From Octopus sinensis (Eukaryota), in NCBI RefSeq assembly GCF_006345805.1, contig NC_042999.1:39370001-39434000 (forward strand): a stretch of 64,000 bases of DNA, read 5' to 3'. Below, in pieces: positions 36,560 to 50,186 of this stretch. A model generated the notes under the pieces. It was given only the letters and a program-made list of their open reading frames with translations, had not been told where the DNA came from and ran no database searches. A program made the position numbers and the translations under genes. Each line of letters starts with the position of its first letter. Position 1 is the stretch's first letter.

Positions 36560-37330
36560 AACTTTGCGACAACCATCAAGCACATTCCATACTTGGATAT
36601 AGTAGCCCTACTGAAGAGATAGCCATAAAGATTCAAAAACACAAGGAGATGAAGTAAGGAGGAAAGTGAGGCAAGTACTAGAATAAGCGAAACTTCCCAA
36701 GCCAAACATCACTAGGGAAGACACGCTCGCTATCAAAAGACTACGGAGTGACAATTCCATCATAATACTTCCAGCAGGCAACGGAAATGCTACTGTGGTG
36801 ATGAACAAGTCTGACCACTTGGGAAAATTGGCAAGTTTTATAAGTGATGGTAGCTAAATCAAAGTAAAGAAAGACCCTACTTTGAAAACAGAGTGGAAGT
36901 TGTTTCAGATCCTGATCAAGAACAAGCATCACTTTACATCAGTGATGTACAGACAACTAACTCAACACCACAGTAAACTACCACACATGTACGCTCTTCC
37001 TAAGATTCACAATTAGGAACTATAGTGAGCTCTAGAGATTCAGCATGTCATCCAATGAGCCACTTCTTTGTGGACACATCAGTCCATTAGCAGTAAAGTC
37101 AATATTGTATGTGAAGAATTCCACCTAATTCCCAGAATTGATCAAGGATCTAACCAGATAGTGAGTTTTGATGTGATAAGTCTGTTCACCGAAAATCTTA
37201 ACTGGTAAAGCACTATTGGTGATTCAAGAAAAACTAGTGACAGGCACCCATCTAAAAGAACGCACTAGTATACCAATAAGAAACTTTATGTAGAAACTAC
37301 ATACTTCAGTATGGATACTGATATATATAT
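36560..37330 (+). pseudogene. Penelope-like reverse transcriptase fragment (decayed)
   Basis: AKLPKPNITREDTLAIKRLRSDNSIIILPAGNGNATVVMNKSD (cf. ILPADKGNATVVM), KKDPT, PHMYALPKIH, VSFDVISLFT. Confidence 0.8.
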
Positions 37331-37989
37331 ATATATCGACAAGAAGATATGTCGTGTCTATTTGAGACAAGACATATATTGTTTTAGATATGAGAAGTAC
37401 ACGGCAGTTTCATGCATCATCTCAAATATGGAAATATTCCATTCATCTGGTCATGAGGCATAATAGATTCAGGATTTCCATACCAGGGTCAACGCTCGGC
37501 CTGTAATCTATGTTTAACAGGGGCATACCACATATTAAAACACGACTCTTCAATACTCCTAAATAAATATTATGAGGCTATAGGTAAATGGGACCACCGC
37601 TTTCTTCATAACTTCAAATTTTACCACAAATCGAAATGCTACCAAAATCACCACACAGTACATATTACGAAAACTCTTAGGTAAGCCCCAGGAATCCTAT
37701 TTGACATACCATCATCGCCGTTTTTAAGTAGCACTACAATCTCATTTTTTAATTGTTTAATAATACATATATGGACATGTATATGGATATATATGTATGT
37801 ATTATATGTGTGTGCGGTGTGTGTATGCATACACACCACACACATATATATATATATACGCATACATATATGTGCATATATGCGTATAGGATTAAGAACA
37901 TAAGTATGCGGACCTATATAATAGAGCATATACACACGTATATGCATGTGTGTATACGCGTGCGTATATCAATATACGCTCCTTTCTCT

Positions 37990-38830
37990 CTCTAATTTCT
38001 CATCCCTCACTATCACATTATCCAGTAGAATAAACACCTCCACCTAATTTTTCAATCTTTTCTATTATAACTTCCATTCCTTTTTGAGGTTTACTACTTA
38101 CTTTAGTAACGACGCCGTACCATTTTCTGTACCCAGTCCTTAGTGCATTTCATTTATAACACTCCTAACACACGTCATACATATTCATTCCTTACATCCT
38201 TATCTCTTCCTATCCCTCCCCCACACCTGTCCCATCCCCGTTATAATATCTTGGCCACCAACTAACACTCTTTTTCCCTTTTCTCTTCCGCTTTCATTTT
38301 TCTTTCATCTTTCCTCACCTATTCCTTTTGACCACTCTTCTAATTTTAACATATCCATATTTTCTCACCTCGCTATCTATATAATACTACTACTATTCCA
38401 TTCTCAAAATTTCATTCACGCCACTAGACCCTTTTGAATGAACAGCACGTAGAATCTAAGTCTCCACACTTTCTGTTTGTAATGACAAAATATGAACTCC
38501 TACCGGAAATTACATAACATGGATCAGAAGCATTTCTACCATTTCTACAAATCATTTTACTCGGATAATGGAACTGTAACTATATGATGCTTCACATATT
38601 CTTATTTCCCTTTCTACTTGCTATTTCCATCCTTTGCCAAAATACCTCCTTGTATTGAAATCTACTACTTCCCTCTATTAAACAAACTCACATCCTCTCT
38701 GATGAATATATATTCCTAATATCCCAGAATCATCTGTCACTCTAACTTTTTCTATATAAATGACCTGAAATTTCCACACAGACATGCCTTTGTTGTCTCA
38801 TTTTGTTTAAACAATACATGCTCGTACAAG
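37990..38830 (-). mobile_element. Possible very decayed RTE-like LINE fragment
   Basis: Purine-rich minus strand with faint remnants (KWYGVV, VVDFNTR-like); motifs poorly preserved. Confidence 0.3.
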
Positions 38831-38943
38831 AGCCGCATTAGACTGCTCAGTCATATTGTTATCGAATCGAGAGTTTAACTACGGTCCTTCCATAGCACTT
38901 ACATGGCATTACCCGTCACCTTGGGTTTTCTGGATGCCAATAA

Positions 38944-38989
<46 letters not shown>

Positions 38990-39584
38990 TATATATATAT
39001 ATATATATATATATAGATATATATATATATACACATGTGTGTATATACATATATACATACATAAATAATACATACAGACACACACAAACATATATATATA
39101 TATATATTATATATATATATATAATTATCCTGTGCCGAAGTAGAGAAAGAGCCTAGAAACCATGGTTCGCAGGTAGCGCTTAAGGATGAGTGGGGACATT
39201 AGCTCCCTTGTTCGAGGTAGATTTTACTCTGTAGTACTGTTGCTACTTATTTCTTGCTCTCAGATTTAAAATTGTTTCCCCTTTACGAAATGAGTAACTG
39301 TGTGCCACTTCAGAGGTTTAAACCACGAACAAGTGCTGCCACCTCAGGCTAGCGGTTATCCTGTGCCGATAAAATGAAATAATTCAGAAACCATGGTCCG
39401 CAATTATCGTTTAAGGCTCAGTTGGGACATTAGTTAGAGGTATAAGGATGCAGTTGTGCGTCGGTAGCCAGCTGGGAAAGTGTTTTCCTGAGGTTAAAAG
39501 GGATTGTAACTTCCTCCTAATCAAAACTGCCAATTTATTTTGGCAAATATATTTTATTCTCTCTCCCCCCTCTCTCTCTCTCTG

Positions 39585-39620
<36 letters not shown>

Positions 39621-40234
39621 ATATATATACATGCACATGTGAGTATGTATGTCTGCGTGTGTGTGAGTGCATTTTACAACTATTTTCCGTCATAACAGGC
39701 ATTTCTGGATATATATACATTTGTCTTCATTTATTTAGAAAATATTCACCGACGATACAAAAAAGAGAAGAAATAAGATAAGAATATCAACTTTGCAATT
39801 ATTTTCAAACTCTCAAATAAACAATCTTGGCATTTAAGAGTAGACATAGCTCAACATTATGACATTTGCAATCAACAATCAATATAAAAATTAACTCCAA
39901 CTTTCTCGACTTGAATATATTATAATTTTTACTTAAACTTTCACACTTGAAATATTAACAGCAATATATAATAAAATATTAAAATAGTTTAGTGTTCATA
40001 AATACGTATAAACGTATAAGAATTAACAGTAGAAATTATGTTTATCCTGTACAATTTTACTTTACAGCAGCATTGAAAACATTGAAAACAGAGTCTGAAA
40101 AATATTTCCTCGAAATTTAACAGAACATTTGTGGAAATATAGTACTGCATTTGATTTTCAAACGTACGTGACCTCATCATATATTATCCACTTTGTGTTA
40201 CCATGTTACTAACTTTTCTTAAAGATATCGTCTG

Positions 40235-40530
40235 AAGTAATGCTGCCAACTGCGTTCACCACAGAGCGTCAAACTTGTAAGGGAACTTGCGGCAATCCAG
40301 CGCTAATACACAATGAATATTGAGTCGGTGAAATAGATGAGCTACTGGGAGAGGTTAAAAGAAATGAAGCTTTATCCCCTGGAGACAAGGTGGGATATAC
40401 AGTGATTCACATATGGGGAATCCTGGAGTTCTAGCTCCTAGCTTTGGAATTAAAAGCTATGCCAACTGGAAGGCACTGCATACCAAATATCTCGTCTTCT
40501 CCGTCTGAAGTAAGGGCCCATTATTGCAAA
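40235..40530 (+). mobile_element. CR1-clade LINE C-terminal fragment
   Basis: ELAAIQR...MSYWERLKEMKLYPLE...VIHIWGILE matches the CR1 LSY.ERL..L.L..LE.RR pattern. Confidence 0.65.
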
Positions 40531-40532
40531 AG

Positions 40533-40770
40533 GCGAGGAACTGAAGGCAAGGGATAAAGCACCATTCACCAACTTAAACAAAGAAGAGGTGCAGGAAACT
40601 CGGAAGTTGTTTGGAGGCCGTTGTTGAAGCCGATGAATGGTTTTATTGAATAAATTTACTCTTTAGTATCTCAAGATATTTTTATGTTAATTTGGTAAAT
40701 ATATCTGTTAAAATGAGATGAGTTATTTTACTTTTTGCGTACTTTAGACGACAATATATTCACCGCACAC
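40533..40770 (+). mobile_element. Tc1/mariner (maT/DD37D-like) 3' fragment
   Basis: EELKAR...FTNLNKEEVQE...RSCLEAVVEA...GFIE*, then a 3' UTR ending CAATATATTCACCGCACAC|TA. Confidence 0.7.
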
Positions 40771-41046
<276 letters not shown>

Positions 41047-41800
41047 TCAGTGAATCAATTGCCAACTAAATGACTCGACAATAAAAATAATACTCACATC
41101 TCGTCTTAAGACAAATATTTACCAAAATTACATTAAAAGTTCTTGAAATACTAAGGAGTAAATTTATTCAATATAATCACCATTGTCTTCAATCACGTCC
41201 TCCTGATGACCTCCGGATATCTTGCAACTCTTCTAGACGTTCTCCTCGCTGAAGATTGTGAATGCTTCCACAATACTTGACCTCAGTTCAACTTTGTTGT
41301 ACAAGGAGTTTTGTTGGTCTCTCGCTCAACTGCGGCCTACACAATAATCAAAGTCATTGCAGTCTGGGGAGTTAGATGGCCAGATGTTAGGGGTGATGTA
41401 GTCAGAAAATTGTCTGACAGCTATGAATGTGTTCTCCAGTTTGTTTGGCATAGTGCAGAGTCCTAATGCCAGATATAGGGTCTTCTAGCAGTCACCCGCC
41501 TGACCCAGGGCAGCACTAACTCCTCTAGGAACATGTTGAGTCAGATGCCATGTAGGAAAATGAATGGAGGCATAACATTGCCATCACTAGTGAGCACTAC
41601 AAAAACTATGATGTTGACTGGATGTTTGAATTTTATAACTCTTGGTACATGCCCTCAGAATGCACTATCCTCAACTTGACACCCAAACACACTGAAATGG
41701 TCGTACAGTAGCTTCTGGTGTGAATGCCTAGCAGTAGAGCATGTCGTTTTGAACTTTCCGGCAAACAGAATTTTATCATGGTTCTGTTTGTCTTGAAGAC
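41047..41800 (-). mobile_element. Decayed Tc1/mariner (maT/DD37D-like) transposase, catalytic domain to 3' end
   Basis: Minus: FKHPVNIIVFVVLTSDGNVMPPFIF, RPYIWH*DSALC, WPSNSP, YNKVELRSSIVEAFT; 3' UTR homologous to 40650-40770. Confidence 0.75.
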
Positions 41801-41868
41801 TGTGCCCAAACGACCCTACTATAATGTGTAGTCGACAAAATCAAAACCACACAATGGGCTTGCGGATG

Positions 41869-41899
<31 letters not shown>

Positions 41900-41982
41900 T
41901 TGTACATATATACATACATACTTACACACACACACATATATGCAAGTATATATATATATATATATATATATAGATATATATA

Positions 41983-44900
41983 TCTCTCTATATATAAACG
42001 GCAGTTTGTCTGTGCGTGCTTCTGTGTGTCTGTCTTCTCGTACCCTCACCCTGACCACGGCTTTCACCGATTCTGATGAAACTTGACACCACATAGCCCA
42101 ATGTCATAATTCAAAACTAACGAAGCGAAAATTTTGAAAAGTTCCCCCAGTTCTGAAAAAATTGATAAATTCGACATGGGGTCGAGAATCATAAACATGA
42201 ACCACAGACTGTCTAGGGGACGCAACTCGAGAATCTAAGCTTTTTTTATGCAACGCATTATCTATGGTAGTTTTCACAACTTGCAATCGATTTTCACCAA
42301 ACTCATGGTGAAGCTTAATGTTACCCTAAGAAACTCAATTCTGACGTTAGTTTTCCATGCAATACCTTACCATCAGAACAATCGATAAAATCATGCCATT
42401 TTGGGAAATCGCGTTCAAATTCAAGATGACATATTTTCGACAATATCTTTCACAATTGGCAGGAATCTTTTTTTTTTTCACAACGAACTTCATGTCTGCT
42501 CCAAGGAGCTATATAGCCCTTTTTATTCCAATAGGATACATTATTGGAAAAAATCGGTTAATTTAATCATATGTGGCACACATAGCAAACAAATTTGTGT
42601 ATTAAACACAAACACCAGACTGTCTAGGGGACGCAACTTGACCTTTTTAGCTATCGATAATTCGATCCAACCAATTCCTACCAGGAAGAAATTACATTCG
42701 AGACTTTACCCCCAACACCGCCACTTCTGCTAATAGCTGCTGCAGCCGCAAGTTATTCGAATACTTTTTGGTTTTAAAACTTTCTTTATAACTACCACTC
42801 CAAACGTTTTACCTTCAATTTTTGACGTACCCTAACGGTCCTCGGACGCTACTTGCAAACTCTTGGTTTATTATAAACACCACTTTTGTCGTGTGCATCA
42901 AAAAACTTTCTTTCGTTTGTTCAGTTTGATCACTTTTGACTTTTTCGTTGTTGTCACTCACATTGCTGCCAGCTTTTTGGCCGTTTTGTACATTTTTATA
43001 CATTTTCGGATACTTACCCCACGAGCTCCTTTTTATTACACCTTTACCAAACACATTGCTATCCACCAAAATACTTACCCCACGTGTTCCTTTTTATTAC
43101 CTTTGCCAAACACATTGCTATCCACCAAAATGCCACCCAAGAAGAGAAGGACCCTCCTCAGCCCTCGGACGGCCAAGGCATCGGCTGCTAGGGCTAGAAG
43201 GGCACGCGAGACCCACGAGGAACCGCCTTGCGCCTCTCGCAAACAGCTTCCCGTTATGCCGCTGCTCAGGCATCTGAAACTACTAGCGACCGTTCTACCC
43301 GACTTGCAAGGGTCGCAGCGTACAGATCTTCCCTCCGCTCGAGGTGACGAAAAGAGCAACAGTCCAGCCAAAACATGCGGGCTTCTTACTGTGCTTCCAT
43401 CCGCAGAGCTCGCAGTGAACCCCGAACAAAGGGCCATTCGGAATGCGGCTAACGCCACTAGCACTGCCAGGACACGATCTGTCGAAACCTCACAGCAGAG
43501 GAGAACTCGCCAAGCTGCTAACGCCGCCAAACACAGCCAGGGCTCGATCTGCCGAAACTCCACACCAACGGACTATTCGGACATCCAGACATGCCATTAA
43601 CACTGCTTCTGCTAGGGCTTCAGAGGGTGCTTGGCGAGAGCTGAAAGGCTTTCAAGGGATGCCACTGCTAACGCTGTCGCACGTGCATCTGAATCTGCCG
43701 AGGCACGGTGCACTCGACTTGAGAGTATCAACAAACGTCGGGATATCATTCGTGGTGTACGTACCCCTGCCCCCGCTTTCTGGTTGTCACTAGCATTCAA
43801 CTACGACCCCACAATTAACTTCTCCTTGCGTGACGACATCAAGATAGGGTCAATGACAATTGTATGCCAGTTTTGCAAAGCCAAGAAATGGCCGGAGAGC
43901 ACACCTTTTTTGTGCTGCTCTGGTGGCAAAGTGGACCTGCCACCCCTACGGGAACCACCTCAACCACTGAAGGATCTCGCGGCGGGTTTAACCCCCGATT
44001 CGTCACAATTCCTTGAAATAATTCGAAAGTACAACTGCTCATTCCAAATGACCTCTTTCGGGGCCAAAATTCCTCCAGAGAAGGCTGGATGCCTACTTCA
44101 AAGTGCAGGGACAGGTCTACCATCTTATTGGGTCACTTCTGCCAGGACGAGATTCAGCAGTCTTCTTTCCTCCAAATATACTTCATTGCCGACTACAACC
44201 ACCAGGTTGATGCACGCCTTGGAATAATACCGGGTACAAGCTATGTTCCCCGCAAAGACATTCTTCTCCGTCTCCAAACCATGCTTCATGATATCAACAG
44301 CTACGTCTGCAGCTTCAGATATGCCTTGGACAGTGCTCCTTCTCCAAACTTCACCGTTGTCATTGATGCTGATAAACGACCCCACGGGGAGCACGAACGC
44401 CGTTTCAACGCACCTGCGTGCAACGAAATTGCCGCAGTTATACACGGAGAGCAACACAACAGCCGTGACATAATCATCTCCTCCCGTGGTAACAACCTAC
44501 ACAGGATCAGCGAGACTCACAGATCTTATGACGCGCTTCAGTATCCATTGCTTTTCCCTTATGGGGAAGACGGCTACCACTTCGGAATTCCTTTACGGCA
44601 GCCCTCCAATCAAACTACTGCGGCATCAAGACGGTTTCCTGCAGGACGTTCTACTCATACCGGTTCATGGTCAGGGAGGGTGAGTTCAACTTATTGCCCC
44701 GTTGTCGTCAGCTATTCAACCAGTTCGCCGTCGACATGGCCGCAAAAATGGAATCGGAAGGCTGCTATACATTAAACTTAATCAGACCAAACTTCGCTCC
44801 GACTCCTACATTCATCTCCGTGACGGTTTGCAACAAGAAAATGACCCTCGCAACATCGGCAAGCCATGCATTCTACCCTCCACCTTCACGGGAGGACCGC

Positions 44901-47900
44901 GATATATGCGTGAAAGGACCCAAGACGCCTGACCTACGTGCGCATTTACGGCCGGCCGGACCTCTTTATCACCTACACGTGCAATCCCAGCTGCGACGAA
45001 ATCACTCGCGAAATCCTCCCGGGTCAATCTCACACCATCGACACGACATCGTTGCTAGGGTTTTCCGTCTGAATTTGGGCAAAATGAGGATTTGATAGTT
45101 AAGGGTCAGATTTTGGGCATGTCAGGTGCCACATGTTTTCGGTCGAGTGGCAAAAGAGGGGCTTTCCACATGCTCACATATTAATTTTGGCTCACTCATA
45201 AAATCGAGACTAATGACATTGACAAATTCATTTCCGCCGAGATTCCTGACCCCGATGAACACCCGGACTCTACGAAATTGTCCGCACTACCATGGTACAC
45301 GGGCCCTGTGGACCAAATTACGCCAACACACCATGCTACAAAAACGGATTAGCCTGCTCAAAGGGATTCCCTAAACGGTTCACTTTGGAACTCAAACAGG
45401 CGGCGATGGGTATCCGTGTACAAACGAAGGAGTCCAGCCAATGGAGGCCGCACGATTACGGTTGGGCGACATCAAGTGGACAACAGCTACATTGTCCCCT
45501 ACTGTCCTCTCCTGTCGAAGATATTCAAAGCCCACGTCAAGTTGAGTTCTGCAGCTCCATCAGGTCAATACAATATGTCTGCAAAATAATCAACAAAGGC
45601 AGCGATGCTGCCATGTTCAGCATCCAGAGGACCACCAGTCGCGACGAAGTGTCCAGCTACTTGGCTGGCCGGTACCTCAGCAGCAACGAAGCGTTTTGGC
45701 GCATTTACGGCTTCCCGCTCCATCAGAGACACCCGGCTGTGGTGCAGCTTGCTGTACACTTGGAAAATGGACAGCGGATTTACTTCACAGAGCAAAGTGC
45801 TGTGCAGATAGCCACCAGCCCTAAAGACACAACGTTGACTGGTTTCTTCAAATTATGCCAACGTGATGACTTCGCTCGAACGCTTTTGTACCCACAGGTC
45901 CCATCGTACTTCGTGTGGTCTAAAAACACCTGGGTTCGACGGAAATCCGGCAAAAACGTCGAAAGCTTCCCAGGCGTCAAGTTTGACTCCTGCCTGGGTC
46001 GAGTTTACAAATCCCGCCAACCAGCAAGAATGCTTCTACCTCCGTCTCCTTCTACATGAGGTCACTGGTCGAACAGGTTTCGCCAATATACGTACCGTCA
46101 ATGGGGTTCTGTGCGACACCTTCAGGGAAGCATGTATGGACTTGGCCTTCTAGAGGATGACTCCCAGTGGGACGCCACGATGGCAGAGGGTGCTTTACTG
46201 CAAACGCATTCGGCCCTACGACATCTTTTCGCAATCCTTCTTCAAAAATGTCAGCTTAGTCATCCACTAAGTCTCTGGATGAAATACAGGGATGACATGT
46301 CGCACGACTTCTTACGTACGGCTCAGCAACACTGCCCTTCCGCCGAGATCACGTTCACCAACTTCATTTACAATTTGCGCTCAACTCGAAGACGCTGTCA
46401 TCGATATGGGTGGGTCTGCTTTAACAGAGTACGGCCTTCCCCACCCACACGTGAACACGCCAATGTTATGTCTGCTGAATTGTTACGCGAAACTTCCTAC
46501 TGCATTGAGGAACTGCACCAGTACGTCCAAGATAATGAACCACGGCTGCTTCCAGACCAGCGCATAGCCTACAACACCATCGTAGACTCTGTCAGACAGC
46601 AACGTGGGGGGATTTTCTTCCTTGATGCACCCGGCGGCACAGGCAAAACCTTCGTCACTAAACTAATTCTGGCAGAGGTCAGACGCAACACGGACATTGC
46701 CCTGGCTGTAGCTTCCTCTGGTATCGCGGCCACGTTGCTTCCGGGTGGCAGAACCGCCCACTCTGCCTTCAGACTCCCGCTCGATCTGGCAAAGTCCGAG
46801 TCACCTATCTGCAACATCGCCAAGAACTCAGAACAGGCCGACATTCTTCGCAGATGCAAACTCATCGTATGGGACGAGTGCACTATGGCACACAAAGGCG
46901 CCCTTGAGGCACCGGACAGGTCCCTGCAAGACATCAGAGACTCTACGGCCCCCATGGGAGGATTAACTTTACTTCTTTCAGGAGACTTCAGGCAGACTCT
47001 ACCTGTATTCCAAAAGGAACCCGTGCCGATGCCGTGCGCGCGTGCCTTAAGTCGTCAGCTCTTTGGGCACATGTGCGGCCCTTGCACCTCCAAACTAACA
47101 TGCGCGCGCAGTTAATTGGTGACAGCGGATCCGCTGCATTCTCCAGGGACCTCTTATCGCTCGGTGGTGAAAATAGGATGCTGTCTGATGCGGATGGCTA
47201 CGTTCAATTGGACTCACTTTGCACCATTGTCGACACCCCTGCTAGCCTCCGGGACGCTGTCTTCCACGACCTACAAAACAATTTACGCGACCTAAAATGG
47301 CTGGCAGGCAGAGCTATTCTCGCACCCAAAAATACAACCGTCAACTCCATCAATATCCAGCTACTTGAAGCTATTCCTGGTGATGTCCCGTCTACAAATC
47401 TATAGATAGGACAGCAGACCCCGCCCAGTTGCCGATTATCCTGTTGAATTCCTGAATTCACTTGAACCGCCAGGCCTGCCATCACACATCCTGAAGTTAA
47501 AAGTCGGTGCGCCCATTATGCTCATCAGGAATTTGGTTCCACCTAAACAGTGCAACGGCACACGTTTGGTTGTGAAACATTTGGCACCACATTTAATAAC
47601 GGCCACAATACTTACCGGTTGTGAGAAGGGAGAGAGGACGTCTTCATTCCACGGATGCACCTTCAACCGTCGGGCGCTGACCTACCAATCCACTTCAGGC
47701 GTTCTCAGTTTCCTGTTAAACTCTGCTTCGCAATGTCCATCAATAAATCCCAAGCCAAACGCTACAAGTCGCTGGGTTACATTTGGGCGAACAGTGCTTC
47801 GCCACGGTCAACTCTACGTGGGCTGTTCACGCGTTGGGAGGCGCAATGATGTTTTCATGTTTTCGCCCAAACGGCCAGCTAGGAACATCGTATATACAGA

Positions 47901-48034
47901 AGTATTCCAGTGAAGACAAGACATTGCAACGTCCACATGCACCTTCGTTCCCTGGAGGGAAAGGACTACATTGGGATTAGTCGTTGCCTACTAGGGGCTC
48001 TTACATACCCGGGCAACGCCGGGCTATGCTGCTA

Positions 48035-48035
<1 letters not shown>
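41983..48035 (+). mobile_element. Full-length Helitron, copy 2 (6053 bp), near-identical to copy 1
   Basis: A|TCTCTCTATATATAAA at 41983; hairpin CCCGG-GCAACG-CCGGG (48008-48023); CTAG (48032-48035)|T; both flanks (TA)n; colinear with 6927-13002 throughout. Confidence 0.95.
43130..47913 (+). pseudogene. RepHel transposase of Helitron copy 2, fragmented by many 1-nt indels
   Basis: ATG at 43130 (MPPKKRR), stop at 47911-47913; same motifs as copy 1 scattered over many short ORFs. Confidence 0.9.
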
Positions 48036-48074
<39 letters not shown>

Positions 48075-48187
48075 ATTCGGATGGTACGGGAAAGCCTATA
48101 TTACTCTTTCGAGGGCTTATAATATATATATATATTTGCACAGATGCATGCGTGCGTGCGTGCATTTGTGTGTGTGTGTTTGTTTGA

Positions 48188-48310
48188 AGGCGCGTGGCCA
48201 AGTCGTTTCCATGTGCCCTCCTGTTCGAGCCATTGACGTTTCAAGTCACAGCGCGAGTGGTAGGTTGTGTCCTTGAGCAAAGTACCATATCTCACGCTGC
48301 TTTCAAATTA
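48188..48310 (+). mobile_element. Diverged tRNA-derived SINE head
   Basis: GGCGCGTGGCCAAG...GTTCAAGTC...GGTTGTGTCCTTGAGCAAAGTAC...TCTCACGCTGC (head plus CORE-like block). Confidence 0.45.
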
Positions 48311-48960
48311 CTTGTGCTCCGTTGTGTTATATAGTCTACATCTGTTCAACGTCGATTCCCTGGCAGGACTGAGCTAATGTACTGCTCATACATGTGGCCA
48401 AGATAAACAAATAATTTTTCCAGGTTGTTCAACCTCATTCAACAAGAGATTCTATCACCTATGCACGCATACTTTACATGTGCTACGTCCTTGCGCTGTT
48501 TTTCTTGTCTTTTCTCTCCGTTTTTTTTAAAATTAAGTACAAGCACACATGCACGCATATACTTATATATATTTCAAATATAAGGGAGTAGAAATCCAAA
48601 AATTACTTTGAGTGTAGCATCTCTTGTTACATTGTTTCATTATTTCATTTACGGGATATACTGTGAACGAAATGAGATTATATACATATAAAATTAAAAC
48701 AGTTTAGGAGATCGAAAATCCAACTGACGAATGTCATTGAAGACATGAAACGATTGTAGTGGCGGTTTATTTCTTTATATTAAAAATTGTTATGTATTGA
48801 TTAAGTCTTTCCTTGTTTGTTTTGCAAAATAGTGGTTTTGTCTCGAATTAATATTATATAATATTTTACTATAAAATTGGATTTAATCCTAAATCTGATT
48901 TTTTCCCTGTAAATTTGGATTTATTCCCTAATATTTATTATTATATATATATATATATAT

Positions 48961-49313
48961 TCCTTTATTTTTTATCTGTTTTAGTCATTTGTCTTTGGCC
49001 ATGCTGTATCCTTTAGTCGAAAAGATCGACCCCAGGGCTTATTCTTTATAAACCTAGCACTTCCATTGTTCTCTTTTGCCGAACAACTAGGTTACGGGGA
49101 CGTAAATACACCAACATAGGTTGGGAACCGATGGTGGGGGGGGGCAAATACAGACACACAAACTTATACATATATACATCATGCTTCTTTCAGTTTCTGT
49201 CTACCACATCCACTCACAAGTCTATAGTAAAAGACAATTGCTCAAGGTGCCAGGCAGAAGAACTGAACCCGGAACCATGAGGCTGGTAAGCTACTAAACA
49301 CATTGCCACACCT
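48961..49313 (-). mobile_element. CORE-like SINE family B copy (diverged)
   Basis: Reverse complement of family B: CTGAACCCGGAACCATG, TCAAGGTGCC, CTTCTTTCAGTTTCTGTCTACC, CTCTTTTGCCGAAC, GATCGACCCCAGG. Confidence 0.75.
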
Positions 49314-49316
49314 AAG

Positions 49317-49357
<41 letters not shown>

Positions 49358-49397
49358 TATATATTAATACACACACAAACACATACACACACACACA

Positions 49398-49448
<51 letters not shown>

Positions 49449-49817
49449 ATATATATATATATATTTAGAAAATAGCTATAAGAAATGAATGTTATAAATA
49501 TACAGAGAAGTAACGTTATCGCCACATCAATACAGCTGCTCCACAACATTACAGCCGATTTTATCCTCAGCAGGAGCCTGTTTCAGCTGGTTATAGATGC
49601 ACATTACACCCGGTATGAATTGTAAGCAGAAGAAGAAACCCCTAACATCTTCTAGTAGACGTCAGGATCACAAAAGCACACGCTTTCGAGCTATTTCTAC
49701 CCATCACCGATGGTGAGCACCTGGCCCCTAACGGTAGCAGTATTCGCTCGAGCTCGCAATATATAGAAAACCAAGCGGCAGTCAGTCCTTCTGGTGTGTC
49801 GGAAAAATTTACTTCTC

Positions 49818-49873
<56 letters not shown>

Positions 49874-49892
49874 TGCGTGTGCCTCTGTGTGT

Positions 49893-50018
49893 GTGTGTAT
49901 TTAAAGGGCTAAAAAACCAATATGCGGTTAGCCATATGCTAGAAGTAGATGGCAGGTGATCTACTTCTAGCATATGAGAACCACATAGTGTTCTTTTAGC
50001 ACTTTAAATATACACATG
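49893..50018. mobile_element. Small fold-back / MITE-like palindrome
   Basis: Perfect 18-bp arms CATATGCTAGAAGTAGAT (49933-49950)/ATCTACTTCTAGCATATG (49959-49976), extending imperfectly to ~58-bp arms ending in TATTTAAAG/CTTTAAATA. Confidence 0.65.
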
Positions 50019-50143
50019 TATTAGAATTTTCTCTGATACTTCAGATTTTTGTATGCTAGGCTACTGGTTTTAAATTGATATTAATTAAACTAACATTCAA
50101 TTATCTCCCTCATTATTTAAATATATATATATATATAATATAT

Positions 50144-50186
<43 letters not shown>

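Larger units (their letters stand above)
36030..36560 (-). mobile_element. Penelope-like element 3' part: GIY-YIG C-terminus plus terminal region
   Basis: Minus: LKIRVQKHRKAVTRGDFD / INHDHVWKNGDHLLLWDEIQIIHREHHLNIRKLNEVAHIL...ISRP, followed by tRNA-like boxes, (TAA)n and a hammerhead motif. Confidence 0.75.
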
